A DNA stretch of 64,000 bases, from positions 3,040,001 to 3,104,000 of the forward strand of contig CAUVXB020000002.1 in NCBI GenBank assembly GCA_963555825.3. The letters run 5' to 3'. The position numbers and the translations under genes are program-made. Below, piece by piece: positions 1 to 11,177 of this stretch. Each line of letters opens with the position of its first letter. Position 1 is the first letter of the stretch. Source of the stretch: Alphaproteobacteria bacterium. GTDB taxonomy: Bacteria; Pseudomonadota; Alphaproteobacteria; JAAXGF01. Under the pieces are notes generated by a model. The model made no database searches and had not been told where the DNA came from. It saw only the letters and a list, made by a program, of their open reading frames with translations.

Positions 1-320
1 AGCCGGTAGAACGGCGTGTCGAAGAGCCGTTCGCGCAGCGCCAGCGCGGCCTCGATCCGGGCGCCGATGAAGCCCGCGTCGATCGCCGCGTCGACGTCGC
101 GGCTGAGCAGCCGGCCGGCGATCAGCGAATGAGCGTTGAAGGTCGCGCAGCCGAGCGGCGCGCCGCCGGCGTCGACGATGCGGACGATGTCGCCGGCCGG
201 CAGCGCCTTGGCCTGGGCGTCGATGCGCAGCTCGTTCGAATAGACCCAGGGGTGACCTTGCCGAAGCCGCTTGGCGTGGCTGGGCAACAGATGGACGGTG
301 GCTCGGGCGGTGCTGGACAT
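1..320 (-). CDS. Class I SAM-dependent rRNA methyltransferase (RlmI-like), 5' part; runs off window
   Basis: Manual translation from ATG 320: MSSTARATVHLLPSHAKRLRQGHPWVYSNEL...FDTPFYR. GHPWVYSNE is the PUA-like N-terminal motif of the RlmI family. Confidence 0.85.
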   Translation of the reverse strand, partial: MSSTARATVHLLPSHAKRLRQGHPWVYSNELRIDAQAKALPAGDIVRIVDAGGAPLGCATFNAHSLIAGRLLSRDVDAAIDAGFIGARIEAALALRERLFDTPFYR

Positions 321-453
321 GGCGCGCGAGTTTACTGGTAACGCGCCGTCGGGCAAGAACATAGCGCGCGACTCGGCTCGCGGTGACGGCCACCCCTTGG
401 CTGTCGGCGCGAATCATGTATCATCGCCCGCCTTGCGTCGATGGAGAGGCCGC

Positions 454-3264
454 GTGCCCCAGTTGTTGCGTCGATTCGTATCCGGCCGTTACGGTCTCGC
501 CTGCGGGCTCATGCTGGTTGCCGCCGTCGCCGTCGCGCCGCCGGCCGCCGTTGCCGCAAGCGCCCAGTCCGACAACCACTTCGCGAACGCCGATGGCCTG
601 ATCCGGGCGGGCGATATCCCGGGCGCCGTGATCGAGCTCGAGAAGGCGATCGACGCCGATCCCGGCAATCTCGAGGCCTGGCTGGCGCTCGGCAAGAGCC
701 GTATCTGGCTCGGTGCGCCGCGCAAGGCCGAGGCGGTGCTCAACGAAGCGCGCGAGCGCGGCCTCGCCGAGGCGCGCATGATCGTTCCGCTGGCCCAGGC
801 ACTTTTGTTGCAGGCCAAGTTCGACGAGGTGCTCGGCGACATCCGGAGCGGCAAGCGGGGCGACAAGGTCGAGGGCGAGATCCTGCTGATCCGCGGCCAG
901 GCGCAGATGAGCCTCGGCCTGATGGACGACGCCGAGGCGTCGCTGCGCCGCGCGACCGGCCTGCGGCCCGACGATCCCCGGCCCAAGATCGTGCTGGCCC
1001 AGCTGCTGATTTCCAAGGGCGCGCTGAGCGCCGCCGAACAGCTCGCCGAAGCGGCGCTCCTGCTGGCCCCCCAGGCGAGCGACGTGTGGGTGCTGAAGGG
1101 CGAGTTGCGGCGACTCGCCGACGACCTCGATGACGCGGTCGCCTACTTCAGCCGCGCGCTCGACATCGACCCGAACGACATGGCGGCGCGCCTCGATCGG
1201 GCGGCCGCCCTGATCGATCTCGACCGCGACGCCGAGGCGGCGTCGGATCTCGAAGCCATCCTGCGCTATGCGCCGGACCACCCGCCGACCCTCTACCTGA
1301 CGGCGCTGCTGGCGGCCAAGCGCAAGGAATACAAGGCAGCCGAGGCGGCGCTCGGCGCGGGCGGACGCCAGCTCCGCGACCATCTGCCGAGCATATTCCT
1401 GCGCGCCTCGATCTTCTATGCCCAGGACCGGCTCGACGAGGCGGCGGCCGAACTGACCCGATACCTGGAAGCGATCCCGGGCCATATCGTCGCGCGCAAG
1501 ATGCTCGGCTCGACTTACATCCGGAAGCAGCGGGCCGACGCGGCGATCGAGACGCTGACGCCGCTCGCGGTCGCCATGCCGAACGATCCACAGACGCTCG
1601 CCTTGCTCGGCGGCGCCTACATGCTCGATGGCCAGTTCTCGAAATCGACGACGTTCTTCGAGCGCGCGGCGGCGGCCGCGCCCGACGCCGGCGCGATCCG
1701 CGCGCAGCTCGGGCTGAGCCGGCTGGCGACCGGCCAATCGAGTCGCGCCGTTGGCGACCTCGAATCGGCCGTCGCGTTGAGCCCGACCAAGTCGCACGCC
1801 GGCATCCTGCTCGCGCTCGTGCATCTCAGGAACCAGGACTTCGACGCCGCGCTCGAAGCGGCCGGCGAGCTGCTTCGGCGCCTGCCGGACAATCCGCTGG
1901 CGCTCAACCTCAAGGGCACGGCCGAACGCGGCAGGGGTGACCTGGCCGCGGCGCGGCGTGACTTCGAGCGCGCGATCGCGCTCGATGCAGACTATCTGCC
2001 GGCGCGCATCAGCATCGCCCGGCTGGCCGCCATCGAAGGCGATGCGATCGGCGCCGAGGAAGGCTTCCAGTCGGTCCTGCAACGCCAGCCCGACCACGTC
2101 GGGGCGATGACCGGGCTGGCTCGTCTGGCGGTCGACGAGGGCCGCGTCAGCGACGCCGTGGTCTGGTTGCAGAAGGCGCGCGACGCCGATCGCCGCGCGG
2201 TCGCGCCACGCCTCGAGCTGATCAACCTGTATCTCGGCCTGCGTGACGGCGCGCAGGCGCTCGACGTCGCGCGCGAGCTCAGGCAAGCGGTCGGCGAGAC
2301 GCCGGAATCGCTCGACGCCCTGGCACGAGCTCGGATCGGCGTCGGCGACGCGACGGGCGCGATCGTGACCTATCGCCGGCTGGTCGCGCTAACGCCCAAG
2401 TCGGCCGAGGTGCTTCACCGTCTTGCCGCCGCGCAGGCCGCCGCCAAGGACGACGCCGGCGCGCGCCGCTCGCTGCGCCAGGCGGTCGACGTCAACCCGG
2501 CCTATGTTCCCGCCCGCGTCGCGTCGATCGAGTTGGAGCTGCGCACCGGGCACCGCGACACGGCGCTCGCCTATGCTCGTGCACTCAGTGCCGAACCGGT
2601 CACAGCCGGGCTCGGCGCCATGCTGGTCGGCGACGTGCTGTTGGATGGCGAACGATACGCCGAGGCCGCCGAGGCCTACGCCCGTGCATCGGCCGCCGCA
2701 CCCAGCGCGCAGATCGCGGTCAGGTTGTTCAACGCACGCAACGCGTTGGGCGATAGTCGAGGCGCGCTGGCGCCGCTCGAGCGGTGGGTCGGCGCCAATC
2801 CCGACGACGACGCGACGCGCTTCCTGCTCGCCACCGCGTTGGTCGATGTCGGTCGCTTCGCGCCGGCGATCGTTCACCACGGAACATTGCTGGCGGGCGA
2901 CCCCGGCAATGCGCTGGTGCTGACCGGACTCGCCGTGGCCTACCATGAAATCGGCGACCGACGCGCCCTCGATTACGCCGAGCGCGCATACGGCATCGCG
3001 CCGCAGCTGGTTTGGACCGCCGATACGCTGGGCTGGATCCTGGTGCGCGAGGGTGAGGCTGAACGCGGCGCGGGCGTGCTGCGCGAGGCCAGCGCCAAGG
3101 TGCCGGGCGAGCCGCGCATCCACTACCGCCTCGCCGTCGCCTTGAACGAGTTGGGACGACCCGATGAGGCGCGGCACGAACTCGAGACGGCGCTCGGCGC
3201 CGACAAGCCGTTCGGTGACGCCGCGGCGGCGCGCAGCCTTCTAAAAAGCCTGACAGGCAGTTAA
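454..3264 (+). CDS. prsT: PrsT-like TPR-repeat protein (PEP-CTERM system type)
   Basis: ~930 aa of tandem TPRs, N-terminal signal-like segment, C-terminal DTLGWILV...IHYRLAVAL motif. GTG 454 follows GGAGAGG; the start is uncertain. Confidence 0.75.
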   Translation: MPQLLRRFVSGRYGLACGLMLVAAVAVAPPAAVAASAQSDNHFANADGLIRAGDIPGAVIELEKAIDADPGNLEAWLALGKSRIWLGAPRKAEAVLNEARERGLAEARMIVPLAQALLLQAKFDEVLGDIRSGKRGDKVEGEILLIRGQAQMSLGLMDDAEASLRRATGLRPDDPRPKIVLAQLLISKGALSAAEQLAEAALLLAPQASDVWVLKGELRRLADDLDDAVAYFSRALDIDPNDMAARLDRAAALIDLDRDAEAASDLEAILRYAPDHPPTLYLTALLAAKRKEYKAAEAALGAGGRQLRDHLPSIFLRASIFYAQDRLDEAAAELTRYLEAIPGHIVARKMLGSTYIRKQRADAAIETLTPLAVAMPNDPQTLALLGGAYMLDGQFSKSTTFFERAAAAAPDAGAIRAQLGLSRLATGQSSRAVGDLESAVALSPTKSHAGILLALVHLRNQDFDAALEAAGELLRRLPDNPLALNLKGTAERGRGDLAAARRDFERAIALDADYLPARISIARLAAIEGDAIGAEEGFQSVLQRQPDHVGAMTGLARLAVDEGRVSDAVVWLQKARDADRRAVAPRLELINLYLGLRDGAQALDVARELRQAVGETPESLDALARARIGVGDATGAIVTYRRLVALTPKSAEVLHRLAAAQAAAKDDAGARRSLRQAVDVNPAYVPARVASIELELRTGHRDTALAYARALSAEPVTAGLGAMLVGDVLLDGERYAEAAEAYARASAAAPSAQIAVRLFNARNALGDSRGALAPLERWVGANPDDDATRFLLATALVDVGRFAPAIVHHGTLLAGDPGNALVLTGLAVAYHEIGDRRALDYAERAYGIAPQLVWTADTLGWILVREGEAERGAGVLREASAKVPGEPRIHYRLAVALNELGRPDEARHELETALGADKPFGDAAAARSLLKSLTGS

Positions 3265-3293
3265 TCCGCGTCGTCGCCCGGTGCTCCGAGCCC

Positions 3294-3323
3294 CTTGAAA
3301 CAAAGTCCCGTAGCGCCCACTTA
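3294..3323 (+). promoter_or_regulatory. RpoH (sigma32)-type promoter of ibpA
   Basis: CTTGAA-N16-CCCACTTA upstream of a small heat-shock gene. Confidence 0.75.
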
Positions 3324-3329
3324 TTCTGT

Positions 3330-3432
3330 GGTTGGAGGCCGAATTCGGCTCCGATCGCGGACCCGGCCGATGAACCGGCGGGCCCGCTGGAAAACCATAG
3401 ATATCGCTTCCTAAGGAGGGTATTGACCCATG
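3330..3432 (+). ncRNA. ROSE-type RNA thermometer in ibpA 5' UTR
   Basis: Two upstream hairpins plus SD hairpin AUAUC-(bulged G)-CUUC/CUAA/GGAG-GGUAU containing the U(U/C)GCU motif. Confidence 0.75.
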
Positions 3433-3894
3433 CGTACCTACGATCTGTCTCCGCTATTCCGCTCGTCCGTCGGTTTCGACCGTTGGAGCAATCTGTTCGA
3501 CACCGCGTTGCGCGCGGGCGACAACGGCGTCGGCTATCCGCCCTACAACATCGAGAAGCTGGGCGACGACAGCTACCGCATCACTGTGGCGCTCGCCGGT
3601 TTCGGCGAGGACGACATCGAGATCACCGCGCAGGAGAACCTGCTGGTCGTCGCCGGCAAGCTCGGCGGCGCGCGCCAGGACGGCGCGGCCTACCTCTATC
3701 GCGGCATCGCGACGCGCGCGTTCGAGCGCCGCTTCAGCCTGGCCGATTACGTCGAGGTGACCGGCGCGACGCTGGTCAATGGCGTGCTCACCATCGATCT
3801 CGCACGCGAAGTGCCCGAAGCGATGAAGCCGCGCCACATCGCCATCGCGACGGCGCCGGCCGACAAGGTGATCGAGAGCAAGAAGGCCGCCTGA
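3430..3894 (+). CDS. ibpA: Small heat-shock protein, Hsp20 family (IbpA-like)
   Basis: DLSPLFRSSVGFDR, YPPYNIEK, YLYRGIATRAFERRF motifs; SD AAGGAGG. Confidence 0.95.
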   Translation: MRTYDLSPLFRSSVGFDRWSNLFDTALRAGDNGVGYPPYNIEKLGDDSYRITVALAGFGEDDIEITAQENLLVVAGKLGGARQDGAAYLYRGIATRAFERRFSLADYVEVTGATLVNGVLTIDLAREVPEAMKPRHIAIATAPADKVIESKKAA

Positions 3895-3945
3895 CCGGGC
3901 TCGACCACAACAGCCCCGCCCGAAGATCCGGGCGGGCGAACGACG

Positions 3946-3981
3946 AGGGGCGTCCGCCATGCTTGGACGCCCCTTTCGTTT
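3946..3981 (+). terminator. Intrinsic terminator after ibpA
   Basis: AGGGGCGTCC/GGACGCCCCT stem followed by TTCGTTT. Confidence 0.6.
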
Positions 3982-4007
3982 GGCGGCTGGCTGGCCGACC
4001 GCCGCGC

Positions 4008-4043
4008 CAACGAAAGAGGGCCGCGCTGGTTGGCGCGGCCCTC
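4008..4043 (-). terminator. Intrinsic terminator after groEL
   Basis: GAGGGCCGCGC/GCGCGGCCCTC stem with T-rich tail on the minus strand. Confidence 0.55.
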
Positions 4044-4067
4044 GATCGTCGGTGTCGGAAGCTTGGC

Positions 4068-6022
<1,955 letters not shown>

Positions 6023-6082
6023 GTGGATTTCTCCCCTGGTTTTCCCGTGCGGACGGTCGCGGGCGACCGGCCATGCAAATTC

Positions 6083-6109
6083 CCAGCACTCACTCTTGTT
6101 GAGTGCCAA
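6083..6109 (-). promoter_or_regulatory. CIRCE (HrcA operator) upstream of groES
   Basis: TTGGCACTC-N9-GAGTGCTGG vs consensus TTAGCACTC-N9-GAGTGCTAA. Confidence 0.85.
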
Positions 6110-6114
6110 TCACC

Positions 6115-6143
6115 AGCTAAGCGTCGAAACTCGCCAATTCAAG
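6115..6143 (-). promoter_or_regulatory. RpoH-type promoter of groESL
   Basis: CTTGAA-N16-CTTAGCT directly upstream of the CIRCE. Confidence 0.65.
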
Positions 6144-6278
6144 GGCTGCTGGTAAAATTTCTCGCCGGTCGAGGAGGGGTGATACGACGGTGCTCCCCAA
6201 AACCCGATGCCGTGACAATTCTTGGTGCCGACAGTCGCGTCCACCGCGCCGGAAGCGATCGACTTTACTCTGGCGAAA

Positions 6279-6305
6279 TCAGCAGCGCTATTGTTCGAGT
6301 GCTAA
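6279..6305 (+). promoter_or_regulatory. Degenerate second CIRCE upstream of usg
   Basis: TCAGCAGCG-N9-GAGTGCTAA: right arm perfect, left arm 5/9. Confidence 0.4.
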
Positions 6306-6401
6306 TCTTCACAATAAAATCGACAAAATTATTGCAGTCGAAGCAAGATCACGGCACCATTCAATTCATCGCTTGTCTTGTGTCTGTGGAGGCATCGGCA
6401 A

Positions 6402-6665
6402 ATGAACGACATCGACCTCCAACTCAAGGGATACCGGCTGACGACAGCCGAAATCCTCTACCACATGCCCGACCACCCCGGCCTTCTGCAGACCTTCATC
6501 TGGCAGACCCTCGACATCGAGCCCGACTTTCCGGTGATCCGGCGCTTCCTCGATTACTGGTGCGAATCGATCGAGGCCACGCTTCATTCGGTGCGCGTCG
6601 CCAACGTGTCGATCGTGAAGCCCAGCGAGTTCCGGGCCGTCGGCCACCAGCTCATCCTGCACTAA
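6402..6665 (+). CDS. usg: Usg family protein
   Basis: GYRLTTAEILYHMPDHPGLLQTFIWQ...FP...FLDYW signature; SD GGAGG. Confidence 0.92.
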   Translation: MNDIDLQLKGYRLTTAEILYHMPDHPGLLQTFIWQTLDIEPDFPVIRRFLDYWCESIEATLHSVRVANVSIVKPSEFRAVGHQLILH

Positions 6666-6670
6666 GTGGT

Positions 6671-8083
6671 CTATATCGGCGGGCGTTTGTCGGCCCAGGG
6701 GCGGACGCGCTCGAGCGCGGCGCCGATGCGTAGCACCGAGATGTCGTTGTAGCGCCGGCCAACGATCTGCAGCGCCGTCGGCAAACCGTCGGCGGCAAAA
6801 CCCGACGGCACCGAGAGCGCCGGACACTGGCTGACGTAGTTGAACACCTCGGTCATGTCGTAGCCGTGATAGCGGCCGTCGGCGGTATCCACGCCGTAGT
6901 CTTCGTCGCCGGTGCCGACCGGCTTGGCGGGCAGCGCCATGGTCGGGCACAGCAGCGCGTCGTGCCGCTCGAGCACCGGGGCGAGCACCTGCCACTGGCG
7001 CGTGCGGATGAATTCGAGCTTCTTGAAGTCGACCGCGCTCATGGCGAAGCCGGCGTCCATCAGCGCCACCACATTGGGGTCCATCCTGTCGCGCCATGCC
7101 TCGAGGTCGTCGCCGAAAAAGGCCGCGAGGTAGACGCCCCAATGGGCGTGCCAGGCGGCGTTCATCTCGGCGTTCCAGTCGAGTGAGATATCGTGCACCT
7201 CGGCGCCGGCGTCGGCGAGCGCGCCCGCCGCGGCCCGGCAGTTGGCCTCGACGTCCGGATGGAGCGCGTAGTAGCCGAGGTCGGGACACAGCGCCAGGGA
7301 AAGACCCGCGACGTCGTCGGGCGGCGGGATCGGAATGTCGAGCGCCGGCTTGAGCGTCTGGATGTCGCGTTCGTCGGGGCCCTGGGTGACTGACAGGAAG
7401 AGCGCGATGTCCGCAACCGTGCGGCCGAGCGGGCCGAAATGCGAGATTTGGTCGAACTGACTGGGCAGGATCTCGAAGGGGATGCGGCCGAAGCTGGGCT
7501 TCAGGCCGACGATGCCGCAGAGCGCCGCCGGGATGCGCACCGAGCCGCCCATGTCGGAGCCCTCGGCCAAGGGCACGCAGCCCGACGCCACCGCGGCGCC
7601 CGAACCGCCCGATGAGCCGCCGGGCGAGCGCTCGGCGTTCCACGGGTTGCGCGTGATGCCCCAGAGCAGGCTCTCGGTGTAGCTCGAATAGGCGAACTCG
7701 GGCGTCGTCGTCTTGCCGACCATGATGGCGCCGGCGCCGGTGAGCTTCTCGACGATCACCGCGTCGTGGTCGGGCACGTTGTGCTCGTGGATGCGCGAGC
7801 CGAGCGTCGTCGTCTTGCCCTTGGTCGGCGTCAGGTCCTTGATCGCGATCGGCACGCCGTGCAGGGGGCCGAGCGCCTCGCCGGCGGCGACCGCGCGCTC
7901 GGCGGCGCGCGCCTTCTCGAGCGCCTCTTCCGGGTAGGTGAAGCAGAAGCAGTTGAGCGTCGGGTTCACCTCGGCGATACGCGCCAGGCTGTTCTCGATC
8001 ACCGCGACGGGCGACAGATCGCCCGCGGCGATGCGCCGCGCCAACTCGGTGGCGGGGGTGTAGCAGAGGTCAAGATCCGTCAT
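6671..8083 (-). CDS. Amidase-signature family amidase
   Basis: GVPIAIKD, PGGSSGGSGAAVA, GSDMGGSVRIPA (Ser-cisSer-Lys triad motifs). Confidence 0.93.
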   Translation of the reverse strand: MTDLDLCYTPATELARRIAAGDLSPVAVIENSLARIAEVNPTLNCFCFTYPEEALEKARAAERAVAAGEALGPLHGVPIAIKDLTPTKGKTTTLGSRIHEHNVPDHDAVIVEKLTGAGAIMVGKTTTPEFAYSSYTESLLWGITRNPWNAERSPGGSSGGSGAAVASGCVPLAEGSDMGGSVRIPAALCGIVGLKPSFGRIPFEILPSQFDQISHFGPLGRTVADIALFLSVTQGPDERDIQTLKPALDIPIPPPDDVAGLSLALCPDLGYYALHPDVEANCRAAAGALADAGAEVHDISLDWNAEMNAAWHAHWGVYLAAFFGDDLEAWRDRMDPNVVALMDAGFAMSAVDFKKLEFIRTRQWQVLAPVLERHDALLCPTMALPAKPVGTGDEDYGVDTADGRYHGYDMTEVFNYVSQCPALSVPSGFAADGLPTALQIVGRRYNDISVLRIGAALERVRPWADKRPPI

Positions 8084-8093
8084 GACCGGGAGT

Positions 8094-8234
8094 CTAAAGC
8101 ATATTCCGATCGATCGGAATCGATAGGGATATGCCAGCCCGCGACCGCGGGCCGCCGACCGTTCGGCGAGAGCCCGCGCGGCGATTGAGCGCAGGTCATC
8201 TTTACGGCGTAAAGATGACCGGAAAATGCTCTAG
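8094..8234 (+). repeat. MITE-like structured dispersed repeat, copy A
   Basis: Terminal inverted repeats CTAAAGCATATTCCG / CGGAAAATGCTCTAG (13/15); core shared with copies at 25.7 and 58.8 kb. Confidence 0.75.
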
Positions 8235-8264
8235 AGGAGAAATCCGGGCCAGGGCAATCGGCGA

Positions 8265-8945
8265 TCACGGGCGCGTCGCGCAATGCACGTCGGGCATGCC
8301 CATGTCGACCGATTCGAGGATCGCCGCGGCATAGCCGGCGACGTCGGTGTCCCGGTCGGCGCGCGCGGCGTGCAGCGGCGCGTCGCCGTACACCGCGCCG
8401 ACCAGCGCGACGAGCGCCGCGACGAACGATCCGGGCCTGCGCATGGCCTCGTCGAAGGGCGCGAACTGCGGTGCTTCGCGATGGTCGCGGTCGGGGACGA
8501 TGGGAATGCCGTGGGTCCGGCCGACGCGCGCCGAAAACGCGACGGCGCAGTCGCGGCCAGCGTCGGCATAGTCGATGCGGCCGACCAGGCGGGCGGCGAT
8601 GAATCGAAGGTCGCGCTTGCGCTGCAGCCGGTCGGCGTAATCGTACAGTTGGCCGAGGGCGAGCCCGTCGACCGTGATCGCCACGGTCGCATCGACCGGT
8701 TCCGTCGCGTCGTCGGCCAAACGGGCGCCGGCGTTGGCCAGCAGCTTGGCGGCGAAGCGCTTGTAGGGCAGGCTGACGCGACGAATCTGGTAGTGCCCGA
8801 CCCGCACATCGCCTTCGACGAACCGGGAGTCGGCGCCATAGCTGTCGTCGACGATCAGGCGCACCGTATCGCCCGATCGCGCCGATGTCGGCGAAAGCAT
8901 GACCGCGACGAGCGCAAGAATTGCGATGGCGCGCATGATCGGCAC
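8265..8945 (-). CDS. Hypothetical exported protein
   Basis: Signal-peptide-like N-terminus (RAIAILALVAVMLSPTSA) and host-like codon usage; no recognised family. Confidence 0.7.
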   Translation of the reverse strand: MPIMRAIAILALVAVMLSPTSARSGDTVRLIVDDSYGADSRFVEGDVRVGHYQIRRVSLPYKRFAAKLLANAGARLADDATEPVDATVAITVDGLALGQLYDYADRLQRKRDLRFIAARLVGRIDYADAGRDCAVAFSARVGRTHGIPIVPDRDHREAPQFAPFDEAMRRPGSFVAALVALVGAVYGDAPLHAARADRDTDVAGYAAAILESVDMGMPDVHCATRP

Positions 8946-9120
8946 AACCTATTGGGCGCGCCGCGCGTCGGCAAGCGCCGCCGCCCCGTCACCGAAGCGT
9001 GAATTGACGCAAATACCGGCCCTGGCGTATTCTTCACCCACGCAGTCGCGTCGACGTACGCGGAGACGGACGTAGCGCGGCGCCGTTCAAACCCGCCGGC
9101 GAAGATCTACCGGTGCCGGC

Positions 9121-9645
9121 ATGGGGTCGTCCCGCTGTGCCGACGCGCAGATCGCCGAGTGCCGCAAGATGCTCGAGAAGCAGGTCGATTTGGTGCGCTC
9201 CTATTGGAGCGAACAGACCGAGGCGGAGAACGCGTTGGCGACCGGCGAGATCGTCGCCATGTACGCCTGGAATAACGCGTACATCCGGCTCAAGAACGAG
9301 GGCATTCCGGTCAAGTACATGGTGCCGAAGGAAGGCATTCTGACCTGGCTGTGCGGCCTGGTGAAGTTGAACACGGGCCAGGGCGACGAGGACCTGATGT
9401 ACGACTTCCTCGACGCCTGGCTGTCGCCCGAGTCGGGCAAGTGGATGATAGAGGAGTACGGCTACGGCCATTCCAACCAGAAGGCGTTCGACCTGGTCGA
9501 GCCCCAGACGTTGATCGACCTCGGTTTCGACACCGATCCGGCGGAGATGCTGACGTCCGGCCACATCTTCTCGCTGATTCCGCCCGACATTTACCATAAG
9601 TACATCGAAATGTTCGAGGAGGTGAAGGCGGCGTCCGGCGTCTGA
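9121..9645 (+). pseudogene. 5'-truncated PotD/PotF-like binding protein fragment
   Basis: Aligns by eye only to the C-terminal ~40% of the downstream paralog (ALATGEIV..AWN, YMVPKEG.LTW.CGL, YGYGHSN, MFEEVKA); no signal peptide. Confidence 0.75.
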
Positions 9646-9668
9646 CCGCTTTCGATGCCGAACCGGAC

Positions 9669-9707
9669 AGGCGTCCCCGGGCGAGCGCCCGGGGGTGCCT
9701 TTCCTTT
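9669..9707 (+). terminator. Intrinsic terminator
   Basis: GC-rich stem AGGCGTCCCCGGGC/GCCCGGGGGTGCCT followed by TTCCTTT. Confidence 0.55.
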
Positions 9708-9916
9708 CGGGCCCCTCGCTTCCCGACGTTGACGCGGCCAAGCGCACTGGCGTAGCTTCGCGCCGAGACATGCCGCTCGACGCAGGATAACTGTCTGGTG
9801 AGCGGTGTATTGAAGGTTTGATTGCGCGCCGATTCGTGACAAAATGGTGCCAACACATTCGAACGCGCCTCCCCGCTGGAGGAGGCCAATCAATGACCTT
9901 GGGAGGGTTTTCAGAC

Positions 9917-11050
9917 ATGGATTGGAATGACGTAAGCACGGAACGGCTCACGCAGGCGATCGAGAACGGCCGCCTCACGCGCCGCCAGACGAACAAAGCC
10001 CTGGTTTCGGCCGGCTTGATGTCGATCGGCATGGTGTTCGGGCCGAAGATGGCCGGCGCCGCCGCCGCAGACCACCCGACGGTGTTCACCTGGTCGGGGT
10101 ACGAGGACGACGGTTTCATGGGCTCCTACGTCGAGGCCTATGGCGAGAAGCCCAACTTCTCGTTCTGGGGCGATGAAGAGGAAGCCTTCGCAAAGATGCG
10201 CGCCGGCTTCGATCCCGACGTCACGGCGCCTTGTTCGTACAAGATCAACCACTGGAACGACGCCGGTATGCTGGCTGAAATCGACTCGGACCGTCTCACT
10301 AACTGGTCGGAGCAGATTCCCAGCCTGACCAATGTTCCGGACACGATCCACGACGGCAAGCGCCTGTGGATCTGCGAGGACTGGGGCCAGACCTCGATCA
10401 CCTACCGCACCGACCTGGTCGATATCGAGGAGGAATCCTGGGGCCTGGTTTGGGACAAGCGCTACGCCGGTCGGCTGTCGATGATCGACAGCCTGATCGA
10501 CGGTGTCATGGTCGCGGCGATCTACATCGGCGCCAAGGATCCCTACAACATGACGCCGGACGAAGTGGCGACGACCAAGGAGGCGCTGCAGGAGCAGATT
10601 CCCCTGTTGCGCTTCTACTCGAACAGCATGACCGAGGTCGAGCAGGCGCTCGCCTCGGGCGAGCTGGTTGCCGCGGTGACATGGAACGCCTCGGCCCTCG
10701 AGCTCAGCAACCAGGGCCTGCCGGTGCGCTTCATGGTGCCCAAGGAAGGCGCCATGACCTGGACCTGCGGACTCAGCCTGATGAGTTGGGCCGATCCGGC
10801 GAAGCTCGATCGCTCCTACGCGGTACTCGACTCCTACATCAGCAAGGAGTCCGGGTACTGGGAGATAACCAATTGGGGGTACGGCCACGCCAACGCCCGG
10901 GCCTTCGACAGCGTCACCGATGAAGAGCTCGCGGCGCGGGGCCTGTCGAACGATCCGGACGCGCTCATCAACTCTGGCATCTTCCAGGCGGCGATCGGCA
11001 ACGAGCCCGAGCTCCAGGCGATGTTCGAAGAGGTCAAGGCGGGCTTCTAA
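9917..11050 (+). CDS. Polyamine-type ABC substrate-binding protein (PotD/PotF-like), probable Tat export
   Basis: LTRRQ twin-arginine, FTWSGY, VPKEGAMTW; ATG 9917 after GGGAGG. Confidence 0.9.
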   Translation: MDWNDVSTERLTQAIENGRLTRRQTNKALVSAGLMSIGMVFGPKMAGAAAADHPTVFTWSGYEDDGFMGSYVEAYGEKPNFSFWGDEEEAFAKMRAGFDPDVTAPCSYKINHWNDAGMLAEIDSDRLTNWSEQIPSLTNVPDTIHDGKRLWICEDWGQTSITYRTDLVDIEEESWGLVWDKRYAGRLSMIDSLIDGVMVAAIYIGAKDPYNMTPDEVATTKEALQEQIPLLRFYSNSMTEVEQALASGELVAAVTWNASALELSNQGLPVRFMVPKEGAMTWTCGLSLMSWADPAKLDRSYAVLDSYISKESGYWEITNWGYGHANARAFDSVTDEELAARGLSNDPDALINSGIFQAAIGNEPELQAMFEEVKAGF

Positions 11051-11177
11051 CCGCGACACATTCGGCCGGCCGTCTCAGTGGCGTTGGCGGGCGGCCGGCC
11101 GAAACGAATGGACGACGCCCCTCGCCGACCGCGCCTAGGCGTGTTGCCAGACGGTGTGAGAATGGAGGCAACGTTTA

